64,000 nucleotides of DNA from Lachnospiraceae bacterium (GCA_045535935.1 JAZSMO010000012.1:35813-99812); one strand, 5' to 3'. Shown: positions 1-10,463, numbered from the stretch's first letter. Translations and numbers: made by a program. The notes: generated by a model from the sequence alone, not told the origin.

Positions 1-1138
1 GGAAACGTTGGAGATGGCGATCGGAAATCCGCTGTATCACTGGAGTCATTTGGAACTTCAGCGGTTTTTCGGATATGAGGGCTGGTTAAACGGTGATGCC
101 GCAGAGGAGGTTTGGAATCTTTGCAATGAGAAATTGCAAAACGGTATGACCGCAAGAAAGATGATTGAGATGTCAAACGTGACACTTATCTGTACGACGG
201 ACGATCCGGCGGACAGCCTGGAGTGGCATCAGAAAATTGCGGCGGATGAAAGCTTCAAGGTTCAGGTGCTTCCGGCGTGGAGACCGGAAAAGGCCATGAA
301 CATTACGAAACCGGATTATCTTGATTATCTGGACAGGCTCGGTAAGGTGAGCAAAGTGGAAATCAGAGATTTTGCATCTCTGATTGAGGCACTGAAAATA
401 AGAATGGAATTTTTCCATGAAAACGGATGCACCATTTCCGATCACTCTTTGGATTACGTTATGTATGCACCGGCTTCGGAGGCGCAGGTGGAAGAGATCT
501 TCCGGAAACGTCTTGCGGGAGGAGAGATCACCCCAGCGGAGAAAAAGCAGTTTGAGACGGCGTTCATGATTGCCATGGGCAGAGAATACCACAAAAAGAA
601 TTGGGTGATGCAGCTGCATTTTGCGGTAAAACGTGACAACAACGAAAGTATATTTGCATCCTGCGGACCGGATGCGGGAATTGACTGCATCAGCAATTTT
701 ACCCCGGCGGATCAGATGGCGGATTTCTTAAACGCACTGGCAAAGACCGGTCAGCTTCCGAAGACCATTCTTTATTCCCTGAATCCGGCGGACAATGCGA
801 CGATCGGAACGATTATGGGATGCTTCCAGGGAAGCGAAGCCATCGGAAAGATCCAGCAGGGAAGTGCATGGTGGTTCAACGACCACAAGGAAGGCATGAT
901 CGAGCAGATGAAGTCGCTGGCGAGTCTCGGACTGTTAGGCAATTTTATCGGAATGCTGACCGATTCCAGAAGCTTTTTATCTTATACCAGACATGAATAT
1001 TTCCGCAGAATTGCCTGTGAACTGATCGGCGGATGGGTGGAAAACGGAGAGTATCCGGCGGACTACAAGGCACTGGAAAAGATTATAAAAGGGATTTCCT
1101 ATAACAATGCAGTAAGGTATTTTAATTTCGATTTATAA
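1..1138 (+). CDS. uxaC: glucuronate (uronate) isomerase, 5' end cut by window edge
   Basis: The ORF is open to the window start (frame of 8..1138). The translation carries UxaC-type blocks (NPLYHWSHLELQRFF, WWFNDHKEGM, LTDSRSFLSYTRHEYFRR). It is followed by kdgK-like and uxuA. Confidence 0.9.
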   Translation, partial: ETLEMAIGNPLYHWSHLELQRFFGYEGWLNGDAAEEVWNLCNEKLQNGMTARKMIEMSNVTLICTTDDPADSLEWHQKIAADESFKVQVLPAWRPEKAMNITKPDYLDYLDRLGKVSKVEIRDFASLIEALKIRMEFFHENGCTISDHSLDYVMYAPASEAQVEEIFRKRLAGGEITPAEKKQFETAFMIAMGREYHKKNWVMQLHFAVKRDNNESIFASCGPDAGIDCISNFTPADQMADFLNALAKTGQLPKTILYSLNPADNATIGTIMGCFQGSEAIGKIQQGSAWWFNDHKEGMIEQMKSLASLGLLGNFIGMLTDSRSFLSYTRHEYFRRIACELIGGWVENGEYPADYKALEKIIKGISYNNAVRYFNFDL

Positions 1139-1155
1139 GAAGGGAGAATGGCAAA

Positions 1156-2253
1156 ATGGATTTAAATTTAAGACCTGCAAATGAATGTAAATTTGATGCG
1201 GTTTCTTTGGGAGAGGTTATGCTTCGTCTGGATCCGGGCGAGGGACGTATCCGCACGGCAAGACAGTTCCGCGCATGGGAAGGCGGCGGAGAGTACAATG
1301 TAGTGCGCGGTCTTCGCAGATGCTTTGGATTGAAAACAGCCGTGATTACGGCGTTTGCCGACAATGAAGTGGGAATGCTCATGGAGGATTTCATTCTTCA
1401 GGGCGGTGTGGATACTTCTCTCATCAAATGGATGAAGACAGACGGTATCGGAAGAACCTGTCGTAACGGTATCAATTTTACGGAGAGAGGATTCGGTATC
1501 CGCGGTGCGGTAGGATGTTCCGACCGTGCGAATACGGCGATTTCAAAGGCAACGTCGGAGGATTTCGATTTTGACTATATTTTCGGTGAACTCGGTGTGC
1601 GCTGGTTACATACCGGCGGAATTTACGCAGCTTTGTCCGAGCAGTCCTGTGAAACGGTATTGGCGGCGATTAAGACAGCAAAGAAATACGGAACGATCGT
1701 ATCTTACGACCTCAACTACCGTCCTTCCATGTGGAGTGCCATCGGCGGACATGCAAAGGCACAGGAGGTCAACAAAGAAATTGCCAAATATGTGGATGTC
1801 ATGATCGGAAACGAGGAGGACTTCACCGCATGTCTCGGTTTTGAGATTGAGGGCAACGACGCTAACTTGAAAGAACTCAACATCGAAGGATACAAAAAGA
1901 TGATCAATGAGGCGGTAAAGACCTACCCGAATTTCAAAGCGGTTGCAACGACGCTCCGAGAGGTGAAAACGGCGACGGTCAACGACTGGAGCGCACTTTG
2001 CTGGGCAGGCGGCGAAATTTATAAAGCAAAAGATTACAAAGGTCTTGAAATTATGGACCGTGTCGGCGGTGGTGATTCCTTTGCCTCCGGTTTGATTTAC
2101 GGACTGATGACCACAGGCGATGCCGAGGTGGCAGTCAACTACGGTGCAGCGCACGGTGCACTTGCCATGACAACACCGGGCGATACGACAATGGCCAGCA
2201 AAAAAGAAGTGGAAGCAATCATGGGCGGAGCAGGTGCCCGCGTACAGAGATAG
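1156..2253 (+). CDS. kdgK: PfkB-family sugar kinase, 2-dehydro-3-deoxygluconokinase-like
   Basis: 365 aa. The N-terminus (SLGEVMLRLDP) and the C-terminal DRVGGGDSFASGLIYG motif are typical of ribokinase/PfkB kinases. An SD (AGGGAG) lies upstream. It sits between uxaC and uxuA. Confidence 0.7.
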   Translation: MDLNLRPANECKFDAVSLGEVMLRLDPGEGRIRTARQFRAWEGGGEYNVVRGLRRCFGLKTAVITAFADNEVGMLMEDFILQGGVDTSLIKWMKTDGIGRTCRNGINFTERGFGIRGAVGCSDRANTAISKATSEDFDFDYIFGELGVRWLHTGGIYAALSEQSCETVLAAIKTAKKYGTIVSYDLNYRPSMWSAIGGHAKAQEVNKEIAKYVDVMIGNEEDFTACLGFEIEGNDANLKELNIEGYKKMINEAVKTYPNFKAVATTLREVKTATVNDWSALCWAGGEIYKAKDYKGLEIMDRVGGGDSFASGLIYGLMTTGDAEVAVNYGAAHGALAMTTPGDTTMASKKEVEAIMGGAGARVQR

Positions 2254-2275
2254 AAAAGGGTAAGGAGGAAATAAT

Positions 2276-3361
2276 ATGCCAATGCAGATGGGGTTCCGTT
2301 GGTACGGAGAAGGCAATGACAAAATCAGTCTTTCCTACATCAAACAGATTCCGGGCGTGACAAGTATTGTCTGGGCGCTTCACGACAAAATGCCGGGAGA
2401 AGTGTGGGAAGTAGAAGAGATTGCACAGGTACAGAAACAGCTTGAACCATATGGTTTTAACATGGACGTGGTGGAGTCGGTCAATGTTCACGATGACATT
2501 AAGATCGGACTTCCGACCCGCGATCAATACATTGAAAATTACATTCAGACGATCCGCAATCTTTCCAAGTTCGGCGTCAAAGTAATCTGCTATAATTTTA
2601 TGCCGATCTTTGACTGGACACGTACGGATCTGTTCCATCCGGTGGGTGACGGATCGACCGCTCTTTATTATGAGGCGAGTCGCATCCACGATGATCCGAA
2701 GGAGATGGCAGATTACATTTTAAATAATTTGGGCGGACTTACATTCCCGGGTTGGGAACCGGAGCGTATGGCAAAGCTTGACGAGTTGTTCGAGGCTTAC
2801 CGTCCGGTTAGCAAGGAGAAACTTTGGGAGAATCTCAAATATTTCCTGGAAAAACTTATGCCGGTCTGCCATGAGACAGACATCAAGATGGCGATTCATA
2901 TGGACGATCCGCCATGGGATATTTTCGGACTTCCGAGACTTCTCACAAGCGGAGAAAACATTGATCGTTTCTTATCTATGGTGGATGATCCTTATAACTG
3001 TCTGACGCTGTGTTCCGGAAGCTTAAATGCCGATCCGAACAATAAGGTGTCAGATATCGTCCGCAAACATTGCGACCGCATTGCATTTGCTCATATCCGC
3101 AATGTAAAGCATTTCGAAAACGGAGACTTCTCGGAGGCAAGCCACCGCGATTGCGACGGCGATACCGGAATTCTTGATATTTTGAAAGCTTACCATGACG
3201 GTGGTTACGAAGGATATATCCGCCCTGACCACGGACGTCATCTCTGGGGAGAAGGTCCGGGGAATGTACGACCGGGCTACGGCCTGTATGACCGTGCACT
3301 TGGGGTTATGTATATGCTCGGTGTTTGGGATATGTTGGATAAATTAGACAAAGAGAAGTAA
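2276..3361 (+). CDS. uxuA: mannonate dehydratase
   Basis: 361 aa. The N-terminus GFRWYGEGNDKISLSYIKQIPG and overall length match UxuA. AGGAGG lies 7 nt upstream of the ATG. Confidence 0.9.
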   Translation: MPMQMGFRWYGEGNDKISLSYIKQIPGVTSIVWALHDKMPGEVWEVEEIAQVQKQLEPYGFNMDVVESVNVHDDIKIGLPTRDQYIENYIQTIRNLSKFGVKVICYNFMPIFDWTRTDLFHPVGDGSTALYYEASRIHDDPKEMADYILNNLGGLTFPGWEPERMAKLDELFEAYRPVSKEKLWENLKYFLEKLMPVCHETDIKMAIHMDDPPWDIFGLPRLLTSGENIDRFLSMVDDPYNCLTLCSGSLNADPNNKVSDIVRKHCDRIAFAHIRNVKHFENGDFSEASHRDCDGDTGILDILKAYHDGGYEGYIRPDHGRHLWGEGPGNVRPGYGLYDRALGVMYMLGVWDMLDKLDKEK

Positions 3362-3403
3362 AATAGAGAAAAACATGTAATGTGATTGGGAAGGAAACAA
3401 TAA

Positions 3404-5335
3404 ATGAGAAGAACAGAAAAGCTCATGACCGGCTGGAGCTTCACGGATTTTTCCGGAGACAGACAGCCTGTAGCGCTTCCGCACACATGGAATGCGAAGG
3501 ACGGACAGGACGGCGGAAACGATTACCTGCGCGGAACTTGTATCTACGATAATGTAATCAAAAAACCACAGTTCGATCCGGAAAAAGAATGTGTGTATCT
3601 GCAGTTTCACGGGGTGAATGCAAGTGCGACGGTGCTGCTGAACGGGACAGAAATGATATCCCATGACGGAGGATATTCCACCTTCCGTGTGGACGTGACC
3701 AAGGCGCTTCTGGATGAAAATAAAATTGAGATCAAAGTGGACAACAGTGTCAATGACAGAGTGTATCCGCAGAAGGCAGACTTTACCTTCTACGGCGGAA
3801 TTTACAGAGATATCGAGTTTCTGATTGTTGACAGGAAGCATTTTGATCTGGATTACTATGGCGGACCGGGCATGAAATATGAAACGCAGGTGGAAGGGCG
3901 CAGTGCAAAAGTGCACGTGATCTCTTACTTGTGTGAGACGGCAAAAAACAGTGAGACAGAAGTCAAAGTAATTCTGTCGGATGCAGACGGAAAAGAAGTA
4001 GCTACGGGTAACGGATGTGAGACGACATTGGACATTCCGGAGGTTCACCTTTGGGACGGTCTGGAAGATCCGTATCTTTATACACTTACCTGTCAGTTGT
4101 GCGAAGGTAACGATGTGATCGATGAAATAGCATGCAAATGCGGTGTCCGTACCTTTGAGTTCAGTCCGAAGGATGGATTTCACCTGAACGGAAAGCGATA
4201 CCCGCTTCACGGGGTATCCCGTCATCAGGACTGGAGAGATATCGGAAATGCCATAGATACAGAGAAGATGGATTTGGATATGGAGCTGATCCGCGAGGTG
4301 GGAGCCAATACGATTCGCCTTGCGCACTATCAGCACAATCAATATTTTTATGATCTGTGCGACAAATACGGAATGATTGTCTGGGCAGAGATTCCTTATA
4401 TATCCGAGCATCTTCAGAACGGAAGAGAAAATACATTTTCGCAGATGAAGGAACTGATCGTTCAGAATTACAATCATCCTTCCATCGTGACGTGGGGTGT
4501 TTCCAACGAGATTACGATTTCCGGCGGAAGATACAAGAGAGATATGCTGGACAACCACCGTGCATTGCAGAAACTCTGTAAGGAGATGGATCCGGGAAGA
4601 CCGACGACACTGGCGTGCTTTGCTATGTGTTATCACTGGCATCCGGTGGCACATATCACGGATTTGGTCGGTTGGAATTTATATCTTGGCTGGTATGTTC
4701 CGGGATTTTTCTTAAACGACCTTTGGATCCGTTTCTGGCACTTCCTTTATCCGGACCGCTGTCTGTGCTATTCGGAATACGGTGCAGAAGGAATGCCGAA
4801 TCTTCACAGTCCGAAGCCTCGTCGCGGAGACAATACGGAAGAGTATCAGTGTAAGTATCATGAATATATGCTGCGGTGCTTCAAGCGTTATCCTTACATG
4901 TGGGCAACCTATGTGTGGAATATGTTTGATTTCGCAGCAGATGCGAGAAATCAGGGCGGTGAGCCGGGCATGAACCACAAGGGTCTTGTGACCTTTGACC
5001 GAAAGCTGAAGAAGGACAGTTTTTACCTTTATAAGGCATATTGGTCCGAAGAGCCATTCATTTATTTGGCGGGTAAACGATATGAATACCGCACGGAGCA
5101 GACAACAGAAATCACAGTGTACACCAACCAAAAGGAAGTGACACTTTTTAACAACGGAAAACAGGTGCAGACTCTGAAAGGAGAGCATGTGTTCAAATTT
5201 AAACTTCCGCTTGAGAAGAAAAACCGGATTGAAGTGAAGTCCGGCGAGTATACGGACAGTGCTGTGATTTACAAAACAGATAAGGCAAAACCGGAATATA
5301 AGCTGCAAAAAGGTGACAGCTCAAACTGGATGTAG
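3404..5335 (+). CDS. glycoside hydrolase family 2, probable beta-glucuronidase
   Basis: 643 aa with GH2 sugar-binding, Ig-like and TIM-barrel order. The acid/base is in WGVSNEI (E369) and the nucleophile in CYSEYGAEG (E458). An N524-H-K526 (NxK) motif sits in GMNHKGLVTFDRK, at nt 4973-4981. The hexuronate gene context supports the call. Confidence 0.7.
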   Translation: MRRTEKLMTGWSFTDFSGDRQPVALPHTWNAKDGQDGGNDYLRGTCIYDNVIKKPQFDPEKECVYLQFHGVNASATVLLNGTEMISHDGGYSTFRVDVTKALLDENKIEIKVDNSVNDRVYPQKADFTFYGGIYRDIEFLIVDRKHFDLDYYGGPGMKYETQVEGRSAKVHVISYLCETAKNSETEVKVILSDADGKEVATGNGCETTLDIPEVHLWDGLEDPYLYTLTCQLCEGNDVIDEIACKCGVRTFEFSPKDGFHLNGKRYPLHGVSRHQDWRDIGNAIDTEKMDLDMELIREVGANTIRLAHYQHNQYFYDLCDKYGMIVWAEIPYISEHLQNGRENTFSQMKELIVQNYNHPSIVTWGVSNEITISGGRYKRDMLDNHRALQKLCKEMDPGRPTTLACFAMCYHWHPVAHITDLVGWNLYLGWYVPGFFLNDLWIRFWHFLYPDRCLCYSEYGAEGMPNLHSPKPRRGDNTEEYQCKYHEYMLRCFKRYPYMWATYVWNMFDFAADARNQGGEPGMNHKGLVTFDRKLKKDSFYLYKAYWSEEPFIYLAGKRYEYRTEQTTEITVYTNQKEVTLFNNGKQVQTLKGEHVFKFKLPLEKKNRIEVKSGEYTDSAVIYKTDKAKPEYKLQKGDSSNWM

Positions 5336-5362
5336 TCAAAATAGAAAGAGAAGGAGAAAGGT

Positions 5363-8350
5363 ATGGAAAGCAAAAAAGAATTCAAACAACAGAAAAAAGC
5401 CTACAAAAAGGTGAAGCGCAAAGCCATCCGTCCATGGTGTTTTCTTACATGGTTTAGCGGTGTGCTGGCAGTAATCCTGATCGTTGCCACCGTTGCGGTC
5501 GGAATGTTCGACAACACAGTGGCACTGTTCGTGGGAGACACATTCTGGGAGCTTGAGAACGAAGACCCGGATGCAGTGTACTACGAATCGGATTTTGCAA
5601 CACAGGAAGAGAGAGTAGCAAGAGGGTATGAGCTTGTAAAACAGGTGGAAGGAGAAGGTGCGGCTCTGCTCATGAATGAAAACGGTGCCCTTCCGCTCGG
5701 AAAAGATGTCAATGTAAGTTTGTTCTCGACATCTTCCGTGAACTTTGTTTACGGTGGTACGGGTTCTGCCAATGTAGACTCTTCCAAGTCTGACAATCTG
5801 AAATCAGCACTGGAAAAAGCAGGTATCCATGTAAACCAGTCCTTGTGGGATTTTTATCTGACCGGAGAAGGAAGCGCCTATGTGCGTGACGGCGGCGGAT
5901 TTACAAGCGGAGCAGCGGTAGGTGAAGCACCTTGGAGTGCATACACACCGGAGGTTCTTGATTCCGTAGCTTCTTACGGCGATGCAGCCATCGTGACACT
6001 TTCCCGTGTCGGCGGCGAAGGCGTGGATCTTAATTTTCAGACTGTAAATTATCTGGAACTGGATGAGACAGAGAAAGAGATGATGTCCAATTTGGCACAG
6101 CTGAAAGAAGACGGTGTCATCAAAAAGATTATCGTTTTGGTAAACTCATCCAATCCTCTGGAACTGGATTTCTTAAAGAACAATGAGTACAGCGTGGACG
6201 CAACCTTATGGGTAGGCGGTGTCGGCGTGACAGGTATTAATGCGGTAGCAGAAATTTTAGCAGGTGATATCAACCCGTCCGGTAGTCTGGTAGATACATA
6301 TTGCTATGACAATTATTCAAGTCCGGCAATGAAAAACTTTGTACCTACCACTTACGAAGGATATGCGGAAGGAATCATTCCTGAAAATGCAAGCACTTAC
6401 ATGATTTACCAGGAAGGTATTTATGTTGGTTACAAATATTACGAAACCCGCTATGAAGATTATGTAATGGGAACCGGAAATGCGGGACAGTACGCATACG
6501 GCGATGACGTGGCGTTCCCGTTCGGTTACGGCTTAAGCTATACCGATTTTGAATACAGCGATATGAAGCTCGCTTATGATGAGGCGACCACCACATACAA
6601 CATCGAAGTGACGGTGAAGAACATCGGTGACGTAGCAGGAAAAGAAACGGTTCAGATTTACGTTTCCAGCCCTTACACACAGTACGATATCGAAAACGGT
6701 GTGGAGAAATCTGCGGTTTCTCTCGTTGGATTTGACAAGACAGAAATTCTGGAGCCGGGCGCAAGCGAGACTCTTACCATTCCGGTAGACGGAGACTACG
6801 TGGCAAGCTACGATGCATACGGTGCGGGAACTTATATTCTCGACGCAGGTGACTATTACTTCACAGCAGCGACAGATGCACACGATGCAGCTAACAACGT
6901 GCTCGCAGCCAAAGGATTTACACCGGCTAACACAGACGGTCGTATGGACGGCGAAGGAAATGCAGCACTTGCAATGAAATGGAACAATCCGCAGCTGGAT
7001 ACAACCACTTATGCAACAAGTGATACCGGCGCGCAGATAAATAACAAATTAAGCAATTCCGACATTAACTTAAATGACGGAGTACAGGAAAAAATCACTT
7101 ACGTTTCACGTAATGACTGGGAAGGCACAATGCCGACCGGCGAAATTTTAAAACTGACACTGACAGAGTACTTGAAGGAGGCACTTCAGGATGTACAGTA
7201 TGATCCGGCAGATTATGAATCTTTGGAAATGCCGACACTCGGTGCAGACAACGGATTAAAACTTGTGGATATGATCGGTCTTGACTATGACGATCCGAAG
7301 TGGGATCTGCTTCTTGATCAGCTCACCTTTGATGAGATGGTTTCCTTTATCGGAGATGCATTCCACTGGACAATGCCGGTGGAGTCGGTACAGGCTCCTG
7401 GTACCCGCGATGAAAACGGACCTCAGGGTCTTACGGTTACACTGTTCGGTTCCGGTCTCGGTGTTGAGACAACGGCGCTCACATCGGAGGACGTACTGGC
7501 AGCGACATTCAACAAAGATTTAGTATATGAAATGGGTAAGATTGTCGGAAACGACTGTCTGGCAGCAAACGTTGCCTTCCTCTACGGACCTGGTGCAAAC
7601 ACGCACAGAACTCCGTATGGCGGACGTAACTTTGAATATTATTCGGAAGACGGATGTCTCTCTTCCGAAATCGGAAGAGCAGAGGTTTCCGGTATCGAGG
7701 AAAAAGGTGTTCACGTAGTAATCAAACACTTTGCCCTCAACGACTGTGAGCAGAATCGTATCGGACTCGGTGTATGGCTTCCGGAACAGGCAGCCCGTGA
7801 GATTTACCTTCGTGCATTCCAGGGATCGCTGGAAGCATCCCAGGCCGGCGGTAACGGTGTTATGATGGCATACACACGCTGGGGTACCCAGTGGTCAGGT
7901 GCCAACGCAGGTCTTGTAAAAGGTATTATGAGCGAGGAATGGGGATGTAACGGTCTCCAGATTACAGATAACGTACTCACAACCTATGTAAACGGTGTAG
8001 ACGGTGTGATGGGCGGAACAACAACTTTCGATTCCATGATGGCATTCTATATTACGGATCAGCTTCCGAAATATGAAAATGATCCGGTTGTGGTAGCAGC
8101 CATGAAGGAAGCTTCTCATAAGAATTTATATGCAATTGCTCATTCCTGTGCAATGAACGGCATCGGAAAAGATACGGTTGTCAAAGCGACGACACCGGGA
8201 ACATTGGTGGCTGTCAGAGCCGGAGCGGTTATTTTCGGACTTCTGTTCGTAGTATCTCTTGTTTTCTGGATTAAGAAGAGACGTAAATTCATGAAGACAG
8301 AAGAATATGTTGCTTTCCAGGAACTGAAAAAAGCGAGAAAGCAGAAATAA
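5363..8350 (+). CDS. glycoside hydrolase family 3 with permuted domain order, membrane-anchored at both ends
   Basis: 995 aa. Order along the chain: N-terminal TM helix; GH3 C-type alpha/beta sandwich (LLMNENGALPLG...NPSGSLVDTY); Fn3-like module (GYGLSYTDFEYSD...VQIYVS); GH3 barrel (KHFALNDCEQNR, GLQITDN); C-terminal TM helix followed by KKRRK. Confidence 0.85.
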   Translation: MESKKEFKQQKKAYKKVKRKAIRPWCFLTWFSGVLAVILIVATVAVGMFDNTVALFVGDTFWELENEDPDAVYYESDFATQEERVARGYELVKQVEGEGAALLMNENGALPLGKDVNVSLFSTSSVNFVYGGTGSANVDSSKSDNLKSALEKAGIHVNQSLWDFYLTGEGSAYVRDGGGFTSGAAVGEAPWSAYTPEVLDSVASYGDAAIVTLSRVGGEGVDLNFQTVNYLELDETEKEMMSNLAQLKEDGVIKKIIVLVNSSNPLELDFLKNNEYSVDATLWVGGVGVTGINAVAEILAGDINPSGSLVDTYCYDNYSSPAMKNFVPTTYEGYAEGIIPENASTYMIYQEGIYVGYKYYETRYEDYVMGTGNAGQYAYGDDVAFPFGYGLSYTDFEYSDMKLAYDEATTTYNIEVTVKNIGDVAGKETVQIYVSSPYTQYDIENGVEKSAVSLVGFDKTEILEPGASETLTIPVDGDYVASYDAYGAGTYILDAGDYYFTAATDAHDAANNVLAAKGFTPANTDGRMDGEGNAALAMKWNNPQLDTTTYATSDTGAQINNKLSNSDINLNDGVQEKITYVSRNDWEGTMPTGEILKLTLTEYLKEALQDVQYDPADYESLEMPTLGADNGLKLVDMIGLDYDDPKWDLLLDQLTFDEMVSFIGDAFHWTMPVESVQAPGTRDENGPQGLTVTLFGSGLGVETTALTSEDVLAATFNKDLVYEMGKIVGNDCLAANVAFLYGPGANTHRTPYGGRNFEYYSEDGCLSSEIGRAEVSGIEEKGVHVVIKHFALNDCEQNRIGLGVWLPEQAAREIYLRAFQGSLEASQAGGNGVMMAYTRWGTQWSGANAGLVKGIMSEEWGCNGLQITDNVLTTYVNGVDGVMGGTTTFDSMMAFYITDQLPKYENDPVVVAAMKEASHKNLYAIAHSCAMNGIGKDTVVKATTPGTLVAVRAGAVIFGLLFVVSLVFWIKKRRKFMKTEEYVAFQELKKARKQK

Positions 8351-8375
8351 ACTTACAACAGGAAGGGAAAAGCTT

Positions 8376-9929
8376 ATGGAAAATCAAAAAGCGGCGACAG
8401 GAGTCAATCGTGCCAAAATGTACCAGCTGGCGCTGTTCCCCCTGAACAATGGTGCAACCAATGTGTACTATGTTTTAATCCTGTCGTATATTTCTACCTT
8501 TGGTAACAATGTATTGGCGATCGGTACGATCTTTGCTTCCGTAATGGTGACAGGCATGCGAGTGTTTGACGCCGTTACGGACCCGATCATCGGGGCGTTG
8601 ATGGATCGGACAAACGGTAAACTCGGAAAGTTCCGGCCGTTCATGGTCATCGGAAATGCGATCATGGCGGTTTCGACCTTTATTCTTTATATTTTGACAC
8701 CGTATATACCGGCGGATAAACAATGGCTTCGCTATGTGGCGTTTGTTCTGCTTTATGCGGTCTGGGTCATCGGTTATACGTTCCAGACATCCGTGACACG
8801 ATCCGGACAGACGGTACTCACCAATGATCCGAACCAGAGACCGCTCTTTACGATCTTTAATACGGTAGGGTCTATGGCAGGTATGGGTGTCATGCAGTTT
8901 TTGGCACCGATCATCCGCGCCAATGTAGCGGATTACAGCAGTGCAGACTTTTATTCGTTCCTGGCTCCGATCGGTATTATTACATCCATCGTTCTTACGA
9001 TTCTGGCCATGATTGGTATATGGGAGAAAGACAATCCGAAATATTTCGGTCTCGGCGCAGGTACGCAGGAAAAGATCAAAATTTCCGAATACATGGAAAT
9101 TATCAAAAACAACAATCCGATGCAGCGCCTTATGGTGGCGGGTGCAGGATGTAAACTGGCGCTTTCCATCGCGACCAATGTGACGGTACTCTGTATGCTT
9201 TACGGATGCATGATGGGCAACTACGACAGTCTTTATCTGCCGATGATGGTTATGGGATATGTATTCTCGGTTCCGTTCTTTATCCTGACGGTCCGCACAT
9301 CCCAGAAAAAGGGACAGAAAGCGTCATTGATGAAATATGTTACGCTTGCCCTTGTAGCTTACGTCGGAGTATTGGTGTTACTGCTTCTCTGGAAACAGGG
9401 TAATCCGACAGTCAACCTGACGCTTTGGAATAACGGAGCCATCAGCATTAACCTGTACACCGTGCTGTTTATTTTGTTCTTCGGTATCGGATATGGTGCT
9501 TATTATTCGACGGCGGATATGCCGATTCCGATGGTGGCAGACTGTTCCGACTATGAGACATACCGCTCCGGAAAATATATCCCGGGTGTTATGGGAACAC
9601 TGTTTTCTCTTGTAGATAAACTGGTGTCATCCCTGTCAGCTACCGTAGTAGGAATTGCAGTTTCCGTGATCGGACTTGAAAATCTTCCGACGGCAGAGAC
9701 ACCGTATTCTGCAGGCATGAACTGGGTAGTTATTATTCTGTTCTGTCTGATTCCGATGGCAGCATGGGTCATCACGCTTTTTGTCATGAAAGGATATATC
9801 TTGACGGGAGATAAGATGAAGGAGATTCAGGCGGTCAATGCAGCCCGCAAACAGGGTATGGAAGAAGGAATGACCATGGAGGAAGCCATGGCCAAATGGA
9901 AAACAATAGAGGATGTTAAAGGGGTTTAG
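8376..9929 (+). CDS. glycoside-pentoside-hexuronide (GPH)/MFS family sugar:cation symporter
   Basis: 517 aa polytopic membrane protein. It has the GPH-type signature DAVTDPIIGALMDRTNGKLGKFRPF near the N-terminus. It follows GH2/GH3 in the same orientation. Confidence 0.85.
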   Translation: MENQKAATGVNRAKMYQLALFPLNNGATNVYYVLILSYISTFGNNVLAIGTIFASVMVTGMRVFDAVTDPIIGALMDRTNGKLGKFRPFMVIGNAIMAVSTFILYILTPYIPADKQWLRYVAFVLLYAVWVIGYTFQTSVTRSGQTVLTNDPNQRPLFTIFNTVGSMAGMGVMQFLAPIIRANVADYSSADFYSFLAPIGIITSIVLTILAMIGIWEKDNPKYFGLGAGTQEKIKISEYMEIIKNNNPMQRLMVAGAGCKLALSIATNVTVLCMLYGCMMGNYDSLYLPMMVMGYVFSVPFFILTVRTSQKKGQKASLMKYVTLALVAYVGVLVLLLLWKQGNPTVNLTLWNNGAISINLYTVLFILFFGIGYGAYYSTADMPIPMVADCSDYETYRSGKYIPGVMGTLFSLVDKLVSSLSATVVGIAVSVIGLENLPTAETPYSAGMNWVVIILFCLIPMAAWVITLFVMKGYILTGDKMKEIQAVNAARKQGMEEGMTMEEAMAKWKTIEDVKGV

Positions 9930-9942
9930 CATACATTATGAG

Positions 9943-9977
9943 AAAAGCACTTTGGCTTGGCCAAAGTGCTTTTTTTG
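9943..9977 (+). terminator. rho-independent terminator of the glucuronide locus
   Basis: AAAAGCACTTTGG/CCAAAGTGCTTTT stem of about 13 bp with a 5 nt loop, followed by a T-run. Confidence 0.8.
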
Positions 9978-10061
9978 CGGAATTGCGCCAGATACACAAA
10001 GTCCGATATATTGGACACAACATTCATATAATAAGAATCAGAGAAAGGGAGGCTGGTTTGT

Positions 10062-10463
10062 ATGAGAAAAGTAAAGATGTTTGAAAAGGCGGCTTATATT
10101 CTTGTTGTGCTCGTGATTGTTGTAGCAGTCAGTATGTTGTGTTCGGTTCAGGCCAAGAGCCGTTCGCGGGCGGCAGTGTTGTTTGACAATGGTGCGTATG
10201 AGACGGCAGAACAAGAATATCAAAAACAGGTGCGGGATATTCTGGAAAGTTATGGAATATATCACAGCGGTCTTACCATGACGCGGGTGGTTTCCCTGGA
10301 GGGGGAAAGGGAGTATACCATTCTTATTTACAATGATAATTTATCTGATCTGGAAAAGGAATCGTATACAGACCTTTTTCATGAAATCAGTAAATGCAGG
10401 GTGTCTGCGCCGGATGGAAATATGCTTCCGGTGGAGGTGATTCTGACAGGATACATACATTAA
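10062..10463 (+). CDS. hypothetical membrane-anchored protein
   Basis: 133 aa. A strong SD (AGGGAGG) is present. It has one N-terminal TM helix (AAYILVVLVIVVAVSMLC). I recognise no family. Confidence 0.5.
   Translation: MRKVKMFEKAAYILVVLVIVVAVSMLCSVQAKSRSRAAVLFDNGAYETAEQEYQKQVRDILESYGIYHSGLTMTRVVSLEGEREYTILIYNDNLSDLEKESYTDLFHEISKCRVSAPDGNMLPVEVILTGYIH

Noticed and set aside
3344-4654. A 436 aa ORF on the minus strand, antisense to the GH2 gene.
   Set aside because: It has no SD, low-complexity composition with no recognisable motifs, and it fully overlaps a well-supported gene. It is a typical antisense shadow ORF. The same reasoning applies to 14201..15193, 49574..50566, 59593..60228, 1606..2322 and 24737..25273.
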